DNA of 64,000 bases from Verrucomicrobiales bacterium. GTDB taxonomy: Bacteria; Verrucomicrobiota; Verrucomicrobiia; Verrucomicrobiales; V1-33. The stretch lies in contig CANHIJ010000004.1 of assembly GCA_947460575.1 (NCBI GenBank), forward strand, positions 12,840 to 76,839, written 5' to 3'. A model generated the notes under the pieces. That model made no database searches, was not told the origin of the DNA, and saw nothing but the letters and a program-made list of their open reading frames with translations. Of this stretch, positions 20,791 through 30,348 are shown in pieces (position 1 is the stretch's first letter; each line of letters begins with the position of its first letter). A program made the translations under genes and the position numbers.

Positions 20791-22473
20791 TCAGGGGCCC
20801 CGGGGAGCGCGCAGCGGCGCGATGGCGCAGGTGACGATGACCCCGCCGCCCGGGCCAGGTCCCACGTGCAGGGTGCCCCCAATCAGGCCCGCCCGGTATT
20901 GCATCACCCGCAAGCCCATGCCTCCCGCCCCGCCGCCAAAACCAGCGGGTAAGCCGCAGCCGTTGTCTTCCACCGCCAATTCGACCCGCCCTTCGATGTT
21001 TCCCAGCGAGAGCGCAATCGCGCTGGCCCGCCCGTGTTTAGCGGCATTGGCCACCGCCTCCTGGGCGATGCGATACAGGTGGATCGCCACTTCCGGATCC
21101 GCCGCCGCCTTGCGGCCCTCGGTGAGGAGGCGGCAGGTGCAAGTGAGGCCCAGGTGCTTGGTGGCACTAGCCGCGAGGTCTTGGAGGGCCACCGCCAACC
21201 CCTTACTCTGCAACACCACCGGCGAAAGCCCCCGCGCCAGATCCCGCGTCTGCCCAATGGCCTCGCGGATCAGCCCCGTGATCTGATCCAAATCCGCGGC
21301 CTCCCCCGCCCGGCCCTGCGCCGCCAGCCGCTGCGACAGCACTTGGCTCATAAATTCGATTCCCGTGAGATGCTGCCCTAATCCATCGTGCAGGTCGTGG
21401 CCAAACCGGCTCTGCTCCCGCTCCGCCACGTTCAGCACCTCCGCTTCCAGGCGCTTGGTATCGGTGACATCAATCCCGCTCATGATCACGTAATCCACGG
21501 TGCGCCCCCCTTCCGCAAGGAGCGCCGTATTCGACCAGGATATGACCCGGCGCTTGCCAAAGCGCGAGACCACGCTGCCTTCAAAGGCGCTCGCGGTCGC
21601 CGCGCTGGTGAGCTGCTTGAAATTGTGCCGCGCCGCGGCCCGCTGGTCCTGCGGGATCAACAAGTCCCACGGCGCTTTGCCCCGCACGTCCTCCTGCATG
21701 TAGCCACTCACTAACTCCGCCGCGTGGTTGAAGCGCACAATCTTCCCCTCCGCATCCAGCACGATAAAAATCGCCCCCGACGCGTCGAGCAGCGCCTGGG
21801 TAAAGTCGTTCTCCTTGCGCAGGGCATCTTCCGCCCGCCGCCGGTCCAGGGCGTCCGCCAAAATCCCCCCCACAATCTTCAATAGAGAAATCGCATCCTC
21901 CGTCCAAGGCATCTCCAACTCCGTGGAGTCCAGCCCAATGAAACCCACCAGTTGCCCCCCCACCGCCAAGGGCACAAAAATCACCGACTTGATCCCCTGG
22001 GCCCGGAAGGTCTCTTGGTCCAAGGCCGCCTCTGCACACAAGGTGTCCACCGAATATATCGCAATCCCATCCAAGCGCCGCAGCCGCAACGCCGACCAGG
22101 GCAAGTGCTCGTCTAACAGCAACCCCCGCGTGCCCGCCCACGGGTGCGGCCGCCCGCCCGCCGCCCACTCGTGGGTGTGGTCCACTAGCTTCCCTCCCCC
22201 GTGCACCCGGCACAAATGGCAGTGGTCCACCCGCAAAAATTCCCCCATCTCCCGCAGCGCCTCCTGGATTCCCCGGTCGATCTCGTCGCTCTTCAGCCGC
22301 ACGAAAAGACTCGATATCCGCGAAACCAGGGCCTCAAATTCCACCCGCTGCTGCAGCGCATTTTCCGCCCGCATGATCTTCCGCGTCACCGGCCCCGCCG
22401 ACATCGGCTCGTCCTGCCCAGGCCGCGACGGCAGCACGCTGTGGGAAAAGCGAATCTCGCGCTCGGGGGGCAT
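20791..22473 (-). CDS. Cytoplasmic GAF-PAS sensor histidine kinase (HisKA_3)
   Basis: GAF, PAS, DLHDGLGQHL, QEAVANAAKH, DNGCG, GMGL. Confidence 0.92.
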   Translation of the reverse strand: MPPEREIRFSHSVLPSRPGQDEPMSAGPVTRKIMRAENALQQRVEFEALVSRISSLFVRLKSDEIDRGIQEALREMGEFLRVDHCHLCRVHGGGKLVDHTHEWAAGGRPHPWAGTRGLLLDEHLPWSALRLRRLDGIAIYSVDTLCAEAALDQETFRAQGIKSVIFVPLAVGGQLVGFIGLDSTELEMPWTEDAISLLKIVGGILADALDRRRAEDALRKENDFTQALLDASGAIFIVLDAEGKIVRFNHAAELVSGYMQEDVRGKAPWDLLIPQDQRAAARHNFKQLTSAATASAFEGSVVSRFGKRRVISWSNTALLAEGGRTVDYVIMSGIDVTDTKRLEAEVLNVAEREQSRFGHDLHDGLGQHLTGIEFMSQVLSQRLAAQGRAGEAADLDQITGLIREAIGQTRDLARGLSPVVLQSKGLAVALQDLAASATKHLGLTCTCRLLTEGRKAAADPEVAIHLYRIAQEAVANAAKHGRASAIALSLGNIEGRVELAVEDNGCGLPAGFGGGAGGMGLRVMQYRAGLIGGTLHVGPGPGGGVIVTCAIAPLRAPRGP

Positions 22474-22606
22474 AGCAAAAAAATAAGTTAGAATTTTGAG
22501 AGTGGGCCCGAGCTCCTAGGCCGCACCGCGGCCGCGCGGCACGGGCGGCCCCACCCTATAGCAGACTCTCCGGTCCGAGCCTACGGCAAAATGCCGCCCC
22601 GCCGCC

Positions 22607-23500
22607 CTATCGTTTTCCTAGCAAGGCAGTGACTACGGCCGACAGGATCAAGAGCGACCCCGCCAGGCGCTGCCCCATGGCGCCCCCCCCAGCGACCCGC
22701 TCCTCGTTGCCAAACCAGCGCCGCCCCACAAACCAAACTAAGCCAATCGACCACAGCCCCCGAGTGCCGTACACGATGTTGACCCGCGTGGGGTCGTTGA
22801 AGTGGGCATTGCACAGGGCCATCGCCAGGGTCTGCCCGGTCATCAGGCCCGTAGCCCAGCCCAGGTAGGGCCGCGCCGCCCGCGGCACCCGCAGCACTCC
22901 CGGAGCCTGCCAAGGCGCCGCCGCCACCGAAAACAACCCAATCCCGCAAAAGGCACACCCCAAAAACCGCCCCCGGCCAAAGCCCGCCGCCCAATGCCCC
23001 ACTAGCACGTCGGTGGCCGCAAACGCCAGCGAACTCACCAAACACCACCCCACCGCCGCCCCTTTCCCCCACCCCCCGCGCAAATCCCGCCAGCCCAAAA
23101 CCAATATGCCCACCGTAGTCAAAACAGCCGCGGCGCCCAGTCCCGCCCCCAGCGGGGTTCCGGCTAGGGCCACCGCCAGCAGCGCCGTCAACACCACCTT
23201 GGTCCCCATCAGCGGAGTCACCAGCGACACATCCCCCGCCCGAATCGCCGCAAACGTCGTCCAGGTTCCCAAAAAAATCATCCCCCCCACCACCCCAGGC
23301 TTCCAGGCCTGCGCCCAATCCATTTCCCCAGAAACTGTCAGAAAAAGCGGACCGAAGGCCAGGATGCCCGCAAAATTCATCCAGTAAAACGCCTCCATCA
23401 TCCCCGCACCCCGACCATAGGCCTGCTTAAACAGCAGCGCCGCCACTGCATACACCCCCGCCGAAAATAGCGGCACCAACAAATGCCAAGCTTCACTCAT
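22607..23500 (-). CDS. DMT/EamA-family membrane transporter
   Basis: About ten TM helices in two repeats; GDVSLVTPL motif. Confidence 0.8.
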   Translation of the reverse strand: MSEAWHLLVPLFSAGVYAVAALLFKQAYGRGAGMMEAFYWMNFAGILAFGPLFLTVSGEMDWAQAWKPGVVGGMIFLGTWTTFAAIRAGDVSLVTPLMGTKVVLTALLAVALAGTPLGAGLGAAAVLTTVGILVLGWRDLRGGWGKGAAVGWCLVSSLAFAATDVLVGHWAAGFGRGRFLGCAFCGIGLFSVAAAPWQAPGVLRVPRAARPYLGWATGLMTGQTLAMALCNAHFNDPTRVNIVYGTRGLWSIGLVWFVGRRWFGNEERVAGGGAMGQRLAGSLLILSAVVTALLGKR

Positions 23501-23625
23501 CACCCCCCTGCCCTCCGCTCAGCTCAGCCCCGGCGCAAGCCCGCATGGCCCGCAACGCCGCAAACCGCCCCCCACTCCGCCTTTGCATCCACCGCGGGCC
23601 CCGCCACCGCTTCTCCCTCCCCGCC

Positions 23626-24444
23626 ATGCCCGCCTCCCCACTCCCTTGGTCCTTCCCCCTCGTCACCGGCGCCAGCAGCGGCTTCGGCGTCGAATTCGCC
23701 CGCCAACTCGCCCCCTCCGCCCGCGCCCTCGTCCTCACCGCCCGCCGCGCCGAAGCCCTCGACACCCTAGCCGACTCCCTCCGCCGCGCCCACCCCAATC
23801 TCCTGGTCCACTGCCTCCCCTGCGACCTCGCCTGCCCCTCCGAACGCCGCGCCCTACCCGACCGCTGCGCCGCCCTAGGTTTCACTCCCGACCTCCTCGT
23901 CAACAATGCCGGCCTGGGCGACTACGGCAGCTTCGCCCAAGCTAACTGGAACAAACTGGCCCAGGTGCTCGCGGTCAATGTGGAAGCCCTCACTCACCTA
24001 ACGTATCTTTTCGTTCCCCTGCTGGGCCGCCACCCCGCCTCCGGCCTCCTCAACGTCAGCTCTCTCGCCGGAGAATTGCCCATGCCCGACTTCGCGGTCT
24101 ACTCCGCTAGCAAGGCTTATGTGACCCGCCTCACCGAGGCCCTCCGCATCGAGTTCCGCCCCCGCGGCATCTCGGTAGCCGCCCTTTGCCCCGGGCCATC
24201 GCCGACCGCCTTTGGGCAAACCGCCCAGCGCCCGGGCGAAGTCCTGCCCAGCGCCGATTTCGCCCGCCAGAGCCCCGAACGCGTCGTCCGCTGCGGCCTG
24301 CGCGCCTTGGCGACCGGTCGGCCGGACTCCTTTCCCGGAGCCGCGGTGTGGTGGACCTCGCGCCTGCTTCGGCTCTTGCCAGCGCCCTTGCTCCGGCTCA
24401 TCCTTGGCCTCCGCCCGCGCCAAGCGAGGCCCCTTTCCCCATGA
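23626..24444 (+). CDS. Short-chain dehydrogenase/reductase
   Basis: TGASSGFG, NNAG, YSASK. Confidence 0.92.
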   Translation: MPASPLPWSFPLVTGASSGFGVEFARQLAPSARALVLTARRAEALDTLADSLRRAHPNLLVHCLPCDLACPSERRALPDRCAALGFTPDLLVNNAGLGDYGSFAQANWNKLAQVLAVNVEALTHLTYLFVPLLGRHPASGLLNVSSLAGELPMPDFAVYSASKAYVTRLTEALRIEFRPRGISVAALCPGPSPTAFGQTAQRPGEVLPSADFARQSPERVVRCGLRALATGRPDSFPGAAVWWTSRLLRLLPAPLLRLILGLRPRQARPLSP

Positions 24445-24791
24445 TCGCTACTACCGCCCTCACTTACTCCGATTATTATGCCGTCTTCGGAGCCATCAGC
24501 CTCCTCCTCGGCATCGCAGGATTTGTTAAAGCCAAAAGCATCCCCTCCCTCGTAGCCGGCGGCATCTCCGGCATCGGCCTCTGCGCCGCCGCCGTCGTCA
24601 TCGCCCGCCACGTCCGCGAAGGCACCTCCGCCACCAATGGCTATATCCTTGCGCTCGTCCTCTCCGTCCTCCTCCTCGGCAAGTTCCTTCCCGGTTTCCT
24701 CAAAACGAAAAAGGTCTACCCCGCGGGACTCATGGCCGCCCTCAGCCTCGGCGGCGTCGCCGTCGGCGTCCTCGCCCTCACTTCCAAGTAG
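24441..24791 (+). CDS. TMEM14-family small membrane protein
   Basis: GIAGFVKAKSIPSLVAG...KKVYPAGL; start overlaps the SDR stop (ATGA). Confidence 0.8.
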   Translation: MIATTALTYSDYYAVFGAISLLLGIAGFVKAKSIPSLVAGGISGIGLCAAAVVIARHVREGTSATNGYILALVLSVLLLGKFLPGFLKTKKVYPAGLMAALSLGGVAVGVLALTSK

Positions 24792-24835
24792 CCTCGCCGC
24801 ACCCCTCCCCTTCTCACTCCTCGCCTTTTATCATC

Positions 24836-25183
24836 ATGCAGGTCCTCAAAGTTAAATACGTCCTCTGGGCCGCCGATTGGCAGCGCTGCCTGCGCTTCTA
24901 CCGCGACCTCTTCGGCGGCACCATCACCTTGGAAATGGAAGTCTGGAGCGAAATCGTTATCGCCGGAGCCACCCTCGGCGTCCACGGCGGCGGCGAAGGC
25001 AAGCGCACCTGGACCGGCCTCTCCTTCCAACTCGACGACCTCCGCAGCGGCATCGCCAAACTCCTCGAGTGCGGCGGCGCCCTCGCCTCCGAGCCCAACG
25101 ATACCCCCGAAGACCCCCTCCACCTCGCCATGTGCATCGACCCCGAGGGCAACGAGTTCATGATGACCCAGCGCCGCCCCTAG
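24836..25183 (+). CDS. VOC/glyoxalase-family protein
   Basis: FYRDLFG, LSFQLDDL, DPEGNEF. Confidence 0.88.
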   Translation: MQVLKVKYVLWAADWQRCLRFYRDLFGGTITLEMEVWSEIVIAGATLGVHGGGEGKRTWTGLSFQLDDLRSGIAKLLECGGALASEPNDTPEDPLHLAMCIDPEGNEFMMTQRRP

Positions 25184-25246
25184 TGCAGTTAGGATATCCC
25201 TGACTAATCAATCTCTGGGCCTCGCCCCCCGGGGGGGGGCCGGGGC

Positions 25247-26401
25247 TCAGAGCGCCCCCACTTCCAGCCAGCGGCGCTCCCGCCACGACTGCAGGCCCAG
25301 CTCGGCCAACTGCACCCCCTTGGCTGCTTCCCCCAAATTCCAGGGAAAAGGCTCTCCGCAGGCCACGTGGCGCAGGAAGCGTTCCCACTGCATTCTGAAG
25401 GCGTTGCCGTAACCCTCGGGCGCATCCGGCACCTCCTGCCAATGCGCTAGAAAATCCACTGGCTGGACCAAATCGGGATTCCACACCGGCCGCGGGGTTT
25501 GCCTCCGGCTTTGCGTATAGCATTTTCTCAAACCGAAAACCGCACTGCCCTCGGTGCCGTCTACCTGAAAGGTCACCAAGTCGTCGCGCCGCACCCGCAC
25601 GCACCACGAGCTATTCATCTGGCAAATGATGCCGCCCTCCAATTCAAACGTGGCGTAGGCCGCGTCGTCGGCCGTGGCGGCATAGCGCTGCCCCTGCTCG
25701 TCGACCCGCCCGGGCACATGGGTGGCCCCGATGGCGCTGACCCGCTGCACCGGGCCAAACAGGTTATCCAGCAAATAGCGCCAGTGGCAAAACATATCCA
25801 CCATGATCCCGCCCCCCGCGTCCTGCCGATAGTTCCAGGATGGCCGCTGCGGGGGCTGGTTCCCGTCCTCCCCCGAGAAAACCCAATAGCCAAACTCCCC
25901 GCGCACGCTCAAAATCTTCCCAAAAAAACCCGCCTCCCGCAGCGCCTGGTACTTCAAGATGCCCGGCAACCACAACTTGTCCTGCACCGCCCCGTGCTTG
26001 ACCCCCGCCCGCGTCGCCAACTCCGCCAGGCGCTGCGCCTCCGCCAAATGCGTCGCCGTCGGCTTCTCACAGTAAATCGCCTTCCCCGCCGCCACCGCCC
26101 GCTCCACAAAACCCCCGCGCAGTTGCGTCAGGGAGGCATCAAAAAAAATCGCATATGCCGGATTGGCTAAAACCGCATCCAAGTCCGTCGAGACCGGCAG
26201 ATCCAGCCCCGCCCGCGCCGCGCACTCCCGCAGCTTGGCCTCATTGCGCCCCGTCAAAATCGGGTCCGGCAGCAGCACCAGATCCGGCGAAACCCGCAGC
26301 CCACCCTCCTTGATGATCGCTGCGATGGAGCGCACCAGGTGCTGGTTGGCCCCCATCCGCCCGGTGACCCCATTCATAATAATGCCGATTTTTTGAATCA
26401 T
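25247..26401 (-). CDS. Gfo/Idh/MocA oxidoreductase (sugar/uronate catabolism)
   Basis: IGIIMNGVTGRMG, YCEKP, DMFCHW. Confidence 0.9.
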   Translation of the reverse strand: MIQKIGIIMNGVTGRMGANQHLVRSIAAIIKEGGLRVSPDLVLLPDPILTGRNEAKLRECAARAGLDLPVSTDLDAVLANPAYAIFFDASLTQLRGGFVERAVAAGKAIYCEKPTATHLAEAQRLAELATRAGVKHGAVQDKLWLPGILKYQALREAGFFGKILSVRGEFGYWVFSGEDGNQPPQRPSWNYRQDAGGGIMVDMFCHWRYLLDNLFGPVQRVSAIGATHVPGRVDEQGQRYAATADDAAYATFELEGGIICQMNSSWCVRVRRDDLVTFQVDGTEGSAVFGLRKCYTQSRRQTPRPVWNPDLVQPVDFLAHWQEVPDAPEGYGNAFRMQWERFLRHVACGEPFPWNLGEAAKGVQLAELGLQSWRERRWLEVGAL

Positions 26402-26405
26402 ATTT

Positions 26406-27290
26406 TTAACAATGTTGTTGATAGGCCTCCAAGATCGCCGCCAGATAGGCGTCCTGGTCTTGCGCCCAGCGCCGGTTAGAAAAAATTTCGCACTCGCAAA
26501 ACCCGGCAAAACCCGCCCCTTCCATCCACGCCCGGATCTGCCGCAGCGGAATTCCGCCTTCCCCCATCAAGCCGCGGTCGTTCAACAGGTCCTCGGTTGG
26601 GCTGCGCCAGTCGCAAACGTGAAAAGCCAACAAGCGCCCCGCGACCCCCGCCCGCGCGATCTCCCCCTCCAAGGCCGCGTCCCACCAGGTGTGGTAAACG
26701 TCCACGGCAATCCCCACCTCGGCCGGTCCCCCCAGCCAATCGCACAAATCGTTGGCCTGCCCCAGAGTCACCACCGCCGACCGCGTGTCCGCATACATCG
26801 GATGCAGCGGCTCCACCGCCAACTTGACCCCCGCCGCGCGGGCGTGCTCCACGCAAGCCGCAATCCCCTCCCCCACCTGCCGCCGCGACTCCCCCAGGGC
26901 CTGCCCCGGCACCGCCCCGCACACCAGCACCAACCCGGGAGCCCCGCAGGCCGCCGCCTCATCAATGGCCCGCTTGTTTTCATCCACCGCGGCCTGCCGC
27001 CCATTAGCCGTTAGCGCCGGAAAAAAACCACCCCGCGCCAGCCCCGCGCAAACCAACCCCGCCTCCCGCACCCGGCGCCCCACCGCCGCGGCCTCGCGCC
27101 CTGCAAAGTCCCGGCGCCACAAGGTAATCCCCCCCATCCCCGCCGCCGCATAGGCCTCAATGCAGCGCTCCACCGCCCACGGCCGATGGGTCATGGTGTG
27201 CACCGCCAGCCGACCAAGCTCAGGCTTCAGGTCGGCACCCCTCCCCTCACCCACGGGAAGTTGCCCCGTCTCGCTGCAAGTTAGATTCAT
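26406..27290 (-). CDS. Sugar phosphate isomerase/epimerase (xylose-isomerase-like TIM barrel)
   Basis: LAVEPLHP, DVYH, FHVCD, RGLMGEG, ECE metal ligands. Confidence 0.88.
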   Translation of the reverse strand: MNLTCSETGQLPVGEGRGADLKPELGRLAVHTMTHRPWAVERCIEAYAAAGMGGITLWRRDFAGREAAAVGRRVREAGLVCAGLARGGFFPALTANGRQAAVDENKRAIDEAAACGAPGLVLVCGAVPGQALGESRRQVGEGIAACVEHARAAGVKLAVEPLHPMYADTRSAVVTLGQANDLCDWLGGPAEVGIAVDVYHTWWDAALEGEIARAGVAGRLLAFHVCDWRSPTEDLLNDRGLMGEGGIPLRQIRAWMEGAGFAGFCECEIFSNRRWAQDQDAYLAAILEAYQQHC

Positions 27291-28648
27291 AGATAAAATT
27301 TGAGGTACGCTTCCCCCCGCCCGAGCCGCTGGACCAATAAAGCTAACTCCCGCGCGTGGTAGTCTCCCCACATGCTGGACTCGCCCCGCGGAATCCGGCT
27401 GCCCGTCGGCACGTGGTCCCAGCCATTCGGGCGGTGATATATGGAATGCAAAATCAGACCCTCGTGGGCCGGATCTTGCGATAAATACGGCTCCCCCAGC
27501 ACCCGCTGCGCGAGGCTCAGCCCTGCCTGAAAATAGCTGCGGCCCGCCACCTCCCCCAAACCCCGCCCCAAGCGCAAAAACCCCTGCGCCGCGATGCAGG
27601 CCGCGCTGCTGTCCACCGGCTCGTGCTCATTCTCCATCTGGGCCGCCGCGCTCCGCCAGTCCCCTAGCTTCTCTAGCCCTGGCGCCCCCGTGTCCCAGTA
27701 CGGCACCCCATCCCGCGGAGTGTTTCCCAAATAAAAGTCCGCCGCCGCCCGCGCGGTCTCCCGGCACAGCCCAATCCACCGCTCCCCGCCCCCCCAGGGC
27801 GCCAGCGCCTCCTCCGGCAAGCTCAAGAGAAATTCTAACAACTCCGCATAGCCGCACAAAATCCACGCCAGCCCCCGCGTCCAGGTGCTAAACGGGCTGT
27901 AGCCCTGTTGGCTGGAGGGGCAGCGGTATGCCCGATCGACCACGTTAAAGATGGACTCGTGGGCCACCCGCCCGCGCACGTCGTAGGCGTCTCGCCCAGT
28001 GCCAAACCAGACGTTGTAGCGGCTCGTCGCCTCGGCATGCTGCAGCGCCCGTCCCAATAAGTCGATCTCGCGGTCCCCCTCCCCGAGGCATTTGTGCCCC
28101 AGTTGCCAACTCAGCACCAGCGCGCGCAGCGAGCGGATGGTGTCCGCAAACAGCGAATGCGGCCCGTTGAAGGAATATATATAGCCGCGATCCGGCCCGA
28201 GCGCCGTCCAGCGGGACGCCTGCACCGCCCCCGACACTTTGAGCGCCAACTCATAAAAGTCCCGCTCCCAGGCCTGCTCCGGCAGGCGGCCCTCGTTCAT
28301 CAGGCGCAGCAAGTTGCCATAGGTACTAACATTATTAAAGCCATGGTCGTGCACCCCCCCGTGGCTGACGTGGGGCGCCATCCAGCGCCGCGTCGCCTCC
28401 CGCCCCATTTCCAAAAACGAGGCGTCCCCCGTGGCATCAAATTGCAGAATCGCCGAGCCAAACTGAAATCCCTGGGTCCATTCGGTCCACCCGCGTGCCG
28501 CATAGACGCCCCCCGCTGTAAAAACCGGGGCCCCGCGCTTCGGATCCCAGCGCGCCGCGAGCCGCCGCAGCTTGCCCGCCGAGGCCGCAAAAAGGGCCTC
28601 GCAGACGGGAGCGAGGGACGCGGCGGATAGAGTGGATTGAATCTGCAT
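27287..28648 (-). CDS. GH88-like unsaturated glucuronyl hydrolase
   Basis: WTEWTQGF, HDHGF, STWTRGLAW, PYWD, DSSAA, WGDY. Confidence 0.85.
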   Translation of the reverse strand: MQIQSTLSAASLAPVCEALFAASAGKLRRLAARWDPKRGAPVFTAGGVYAARGWTEWTQGFQFGSAILQFDATGDASFLEMGREATRRWMAPHVSHGGVHDHGFNNVSTYGNLLRLMNEGRLPEQAWERDFYELALKVSGAVQASRWTALGPDRGYIYSFNGPHSLFADTIRSLRALVLSWQLGHKCLGEGDREIDLLGRALQHAEATSRYNVWFGTGRDAYDVRGRVAHESIFNVVDRAYRCPSSQQGYSPFSTWTRGLAWILCGYAELLEFLLSLPEEALAPWGGGERWIGLCRETARAAADFYLGNTPRDGVPYWDTGAPGLEKLGDWRSAAAQMENEHEPVDSSAACIAAQGFLRLGRGLGEVAGRSYFQAGLSLAQRVLGEPYLSQDPAHEGLILHSIYHRPNGWDHVPTGSRIPRGESSMWGDYHARELALLVQRLGRGEAYLKFYL

Positions 28649-28679
28649 GGGCTGGTCAAAAATGGGCTCAAAAATCATC

Positions 28680-29474
28680 CTACAGGCGCGGCACGTGCAG
28701 CCCGCCATCCAAGGCAATGCTCTCGCCAGTGCAAAAAGGCAAATCCCCTACCAAAAAGCTGCGCACGGCGCGGCCCACGTCCCCAGGCTGCCCCCAGCGC
28801 CGCATCGGCACCTGCCCGCCCGCAATGATAGGGTCGTATTTCTCCTTCACCCCCGCCGTCATGTCCGTCTCCATGATCCCCGGGCGAAATTCCACCACCT
28901 GGGTCTGGTGCGCCGCCAAGCGCAGCGCCCACACCCGCGCCATCATGCCCAACCCCGCCTTGGAAATGCAATAATCCCCCCGGTTCGTCGAAGCCAACTC
29001 CGCGGAAACGCTCGAAACAAAGACCAATTTGTACCCCCCCGGCAGCCGCGCCTCGCCCGGATGGTCCACCCACCAGCGCGCCGCGGCCTGCGCCAAAAAC
29101 CATGGCGCTTTCAAGTTCACCGCCATCACCTGATCCCAGGCCTCCTCGGTGCTGTCCAGGGCATCCGCCCGCCCCGGCGACGCCATCCCCGCGTTGTTAA
29201 CCAAGGCATCGAGTCGCCCAAATTGAGATAGGGTTTTTTCGATCAACCCCGCCCAGCCGCCCCGCTCTCCGAGGTCGGCGCCGATCAACGGAAACTGCTG
29301 CCCCGCCTCCGCGGCCACCGCCGCGCACGCCGCGCGACAGTCCCGCGCCGCTCCCTCATTGCTCCCATAGTGAATCGCCACCGACATCCCCGCCCGCGCC
29401 AATTCCACCGCCACCCCGCGACCCAAACCCCGGCTCGCCCCGGTTACCAAAACTGTAGGAATCAATTGCGCCAT
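28680..29474 (-). CDS. SDR oxidoreductase (3-ketoacyl-ACP-reductase-like, sugar-catabolic context)
   Basis: TGASRGLG, NNAG, YCISK, DGG. Confidence 0.9.
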   Translation of the reverse strand: MAQLIPTVLVTGASRGLGRGVAVELARAGMSVAIHYGSNEGAARDCRAACAAVAAEAGQQFPLIGADLGERGGWAGLIEKTLSQFGRLDALVNNAGMASPGRADALDSTEEAWDQVMAVNLKAPWFLAQAAARWWVDHPGEARLPGGYKLVFVSSVSAELASTNRGDYCISKAGLGMMARVWALRLAAHQTQVVEFRPGIMETDMTAGVKEKYDPIIAGGQVPMRRWGQPGDVGRAVRSFLVGDLPFCTGESIALDGGLHVPRL

Positions 29475-29629
29475 AACTGCCTAAGATACGCCGCATCCCC
29501 CGCCCACCGATAGCAGGGCCCACCCGCCGATTAGCACAAATCCGATTATTTCCGCCGCCCGCGCTCCCCCCGCAAAACGCCCCACCCCCTCCTTGCCAGC
29601 GCCCCCCAGCGTGCCCACAATACCGCCCC

Positions 29630-30256
29630 ATGAATCCCATTTACCGCCTCTGCCACGCCACCGCCAAAACCCTGGCTAGAGCTGCCTTCCACTTCCGCGT
29701 CATTCACCCCGAGCGCCTCATCGAAGAAGGCCCAGCCCTGATCTGCTCTAACCACGTCAGCTTCCTCGACCCCCCACTCGTTAGCATCTCCTTCCAAAAG
29801 GAAATCCACTTCCTCGCCCGCCACACTCTCTACAGCAATCCCGCCGCCCGCTGGATCTTTCCCCGCCTCAAAGTCACTCCTATCGACCAAGACCGCGCTA
29901 GCATGGCCGGACTAAAAACTGCCATCCGCCTCCTCCAAGCCGGTCACCGCGTCCTCATCTTCCCCGAGGGTGCCCGCTCCCCCAACGGAAACCTCCAACC
30001 CGCCGCCGGCGGCGCCGGACTCGTCGTCGCCAAAGCCCGCGTGCCCGTGGTCCCCCTGCGCCTCTTCGGCGCCCACGAGGCCCTCCCCTACGGCTCCTCC
30101 CGCCCCCGCTTCACCACCATCACCGCGGTCGTCGGCGAGCCCCTCCACTTCCCCGAAAAAGACTACCCTTCCACCCGCGAGGGCTACCAGGCCATCTCCG
30201 ACGCCATCATGGCCGCCATTGCCCAAATCCCCTGCCCCCCAGACCGCCTCCCCTAA
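29630..30256 (+). CDS. plsC: 1-acyl-sn-glycerol-3-phosphate acyltransferase
   Basis: NHVSFLDPP (Hx4D), FPEGAR, VPVVP. Confidence 0.85.
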   Translation: MNPIYRLCHATAKTLARAAFHFRVIHPERLIEEGPALICSNHVSFLDPPLVSISFQKEIHFLARHTLYSNPAARWIFPRLKVTPIDQDRASMAGLKTAIRLLQAGHRVLIFPEGARSPNGNLQPAAGGAGLVVAKARVPVVPLRLFGAHEALPYGSSRPRFTTITAVVGEPLHFPEKDYPSTREGYQAISDAIMAAIAQIPCPPDRLP

Positions 30257-30348
30257 ATTTTTCCGCGATCGGATCCTATCATCTCACTAATGACCTTCCG
30301 CGATCGCCATTTGTCTTTCCTTCCCGCTGTGCTTTCCTCCCCCCTCCT

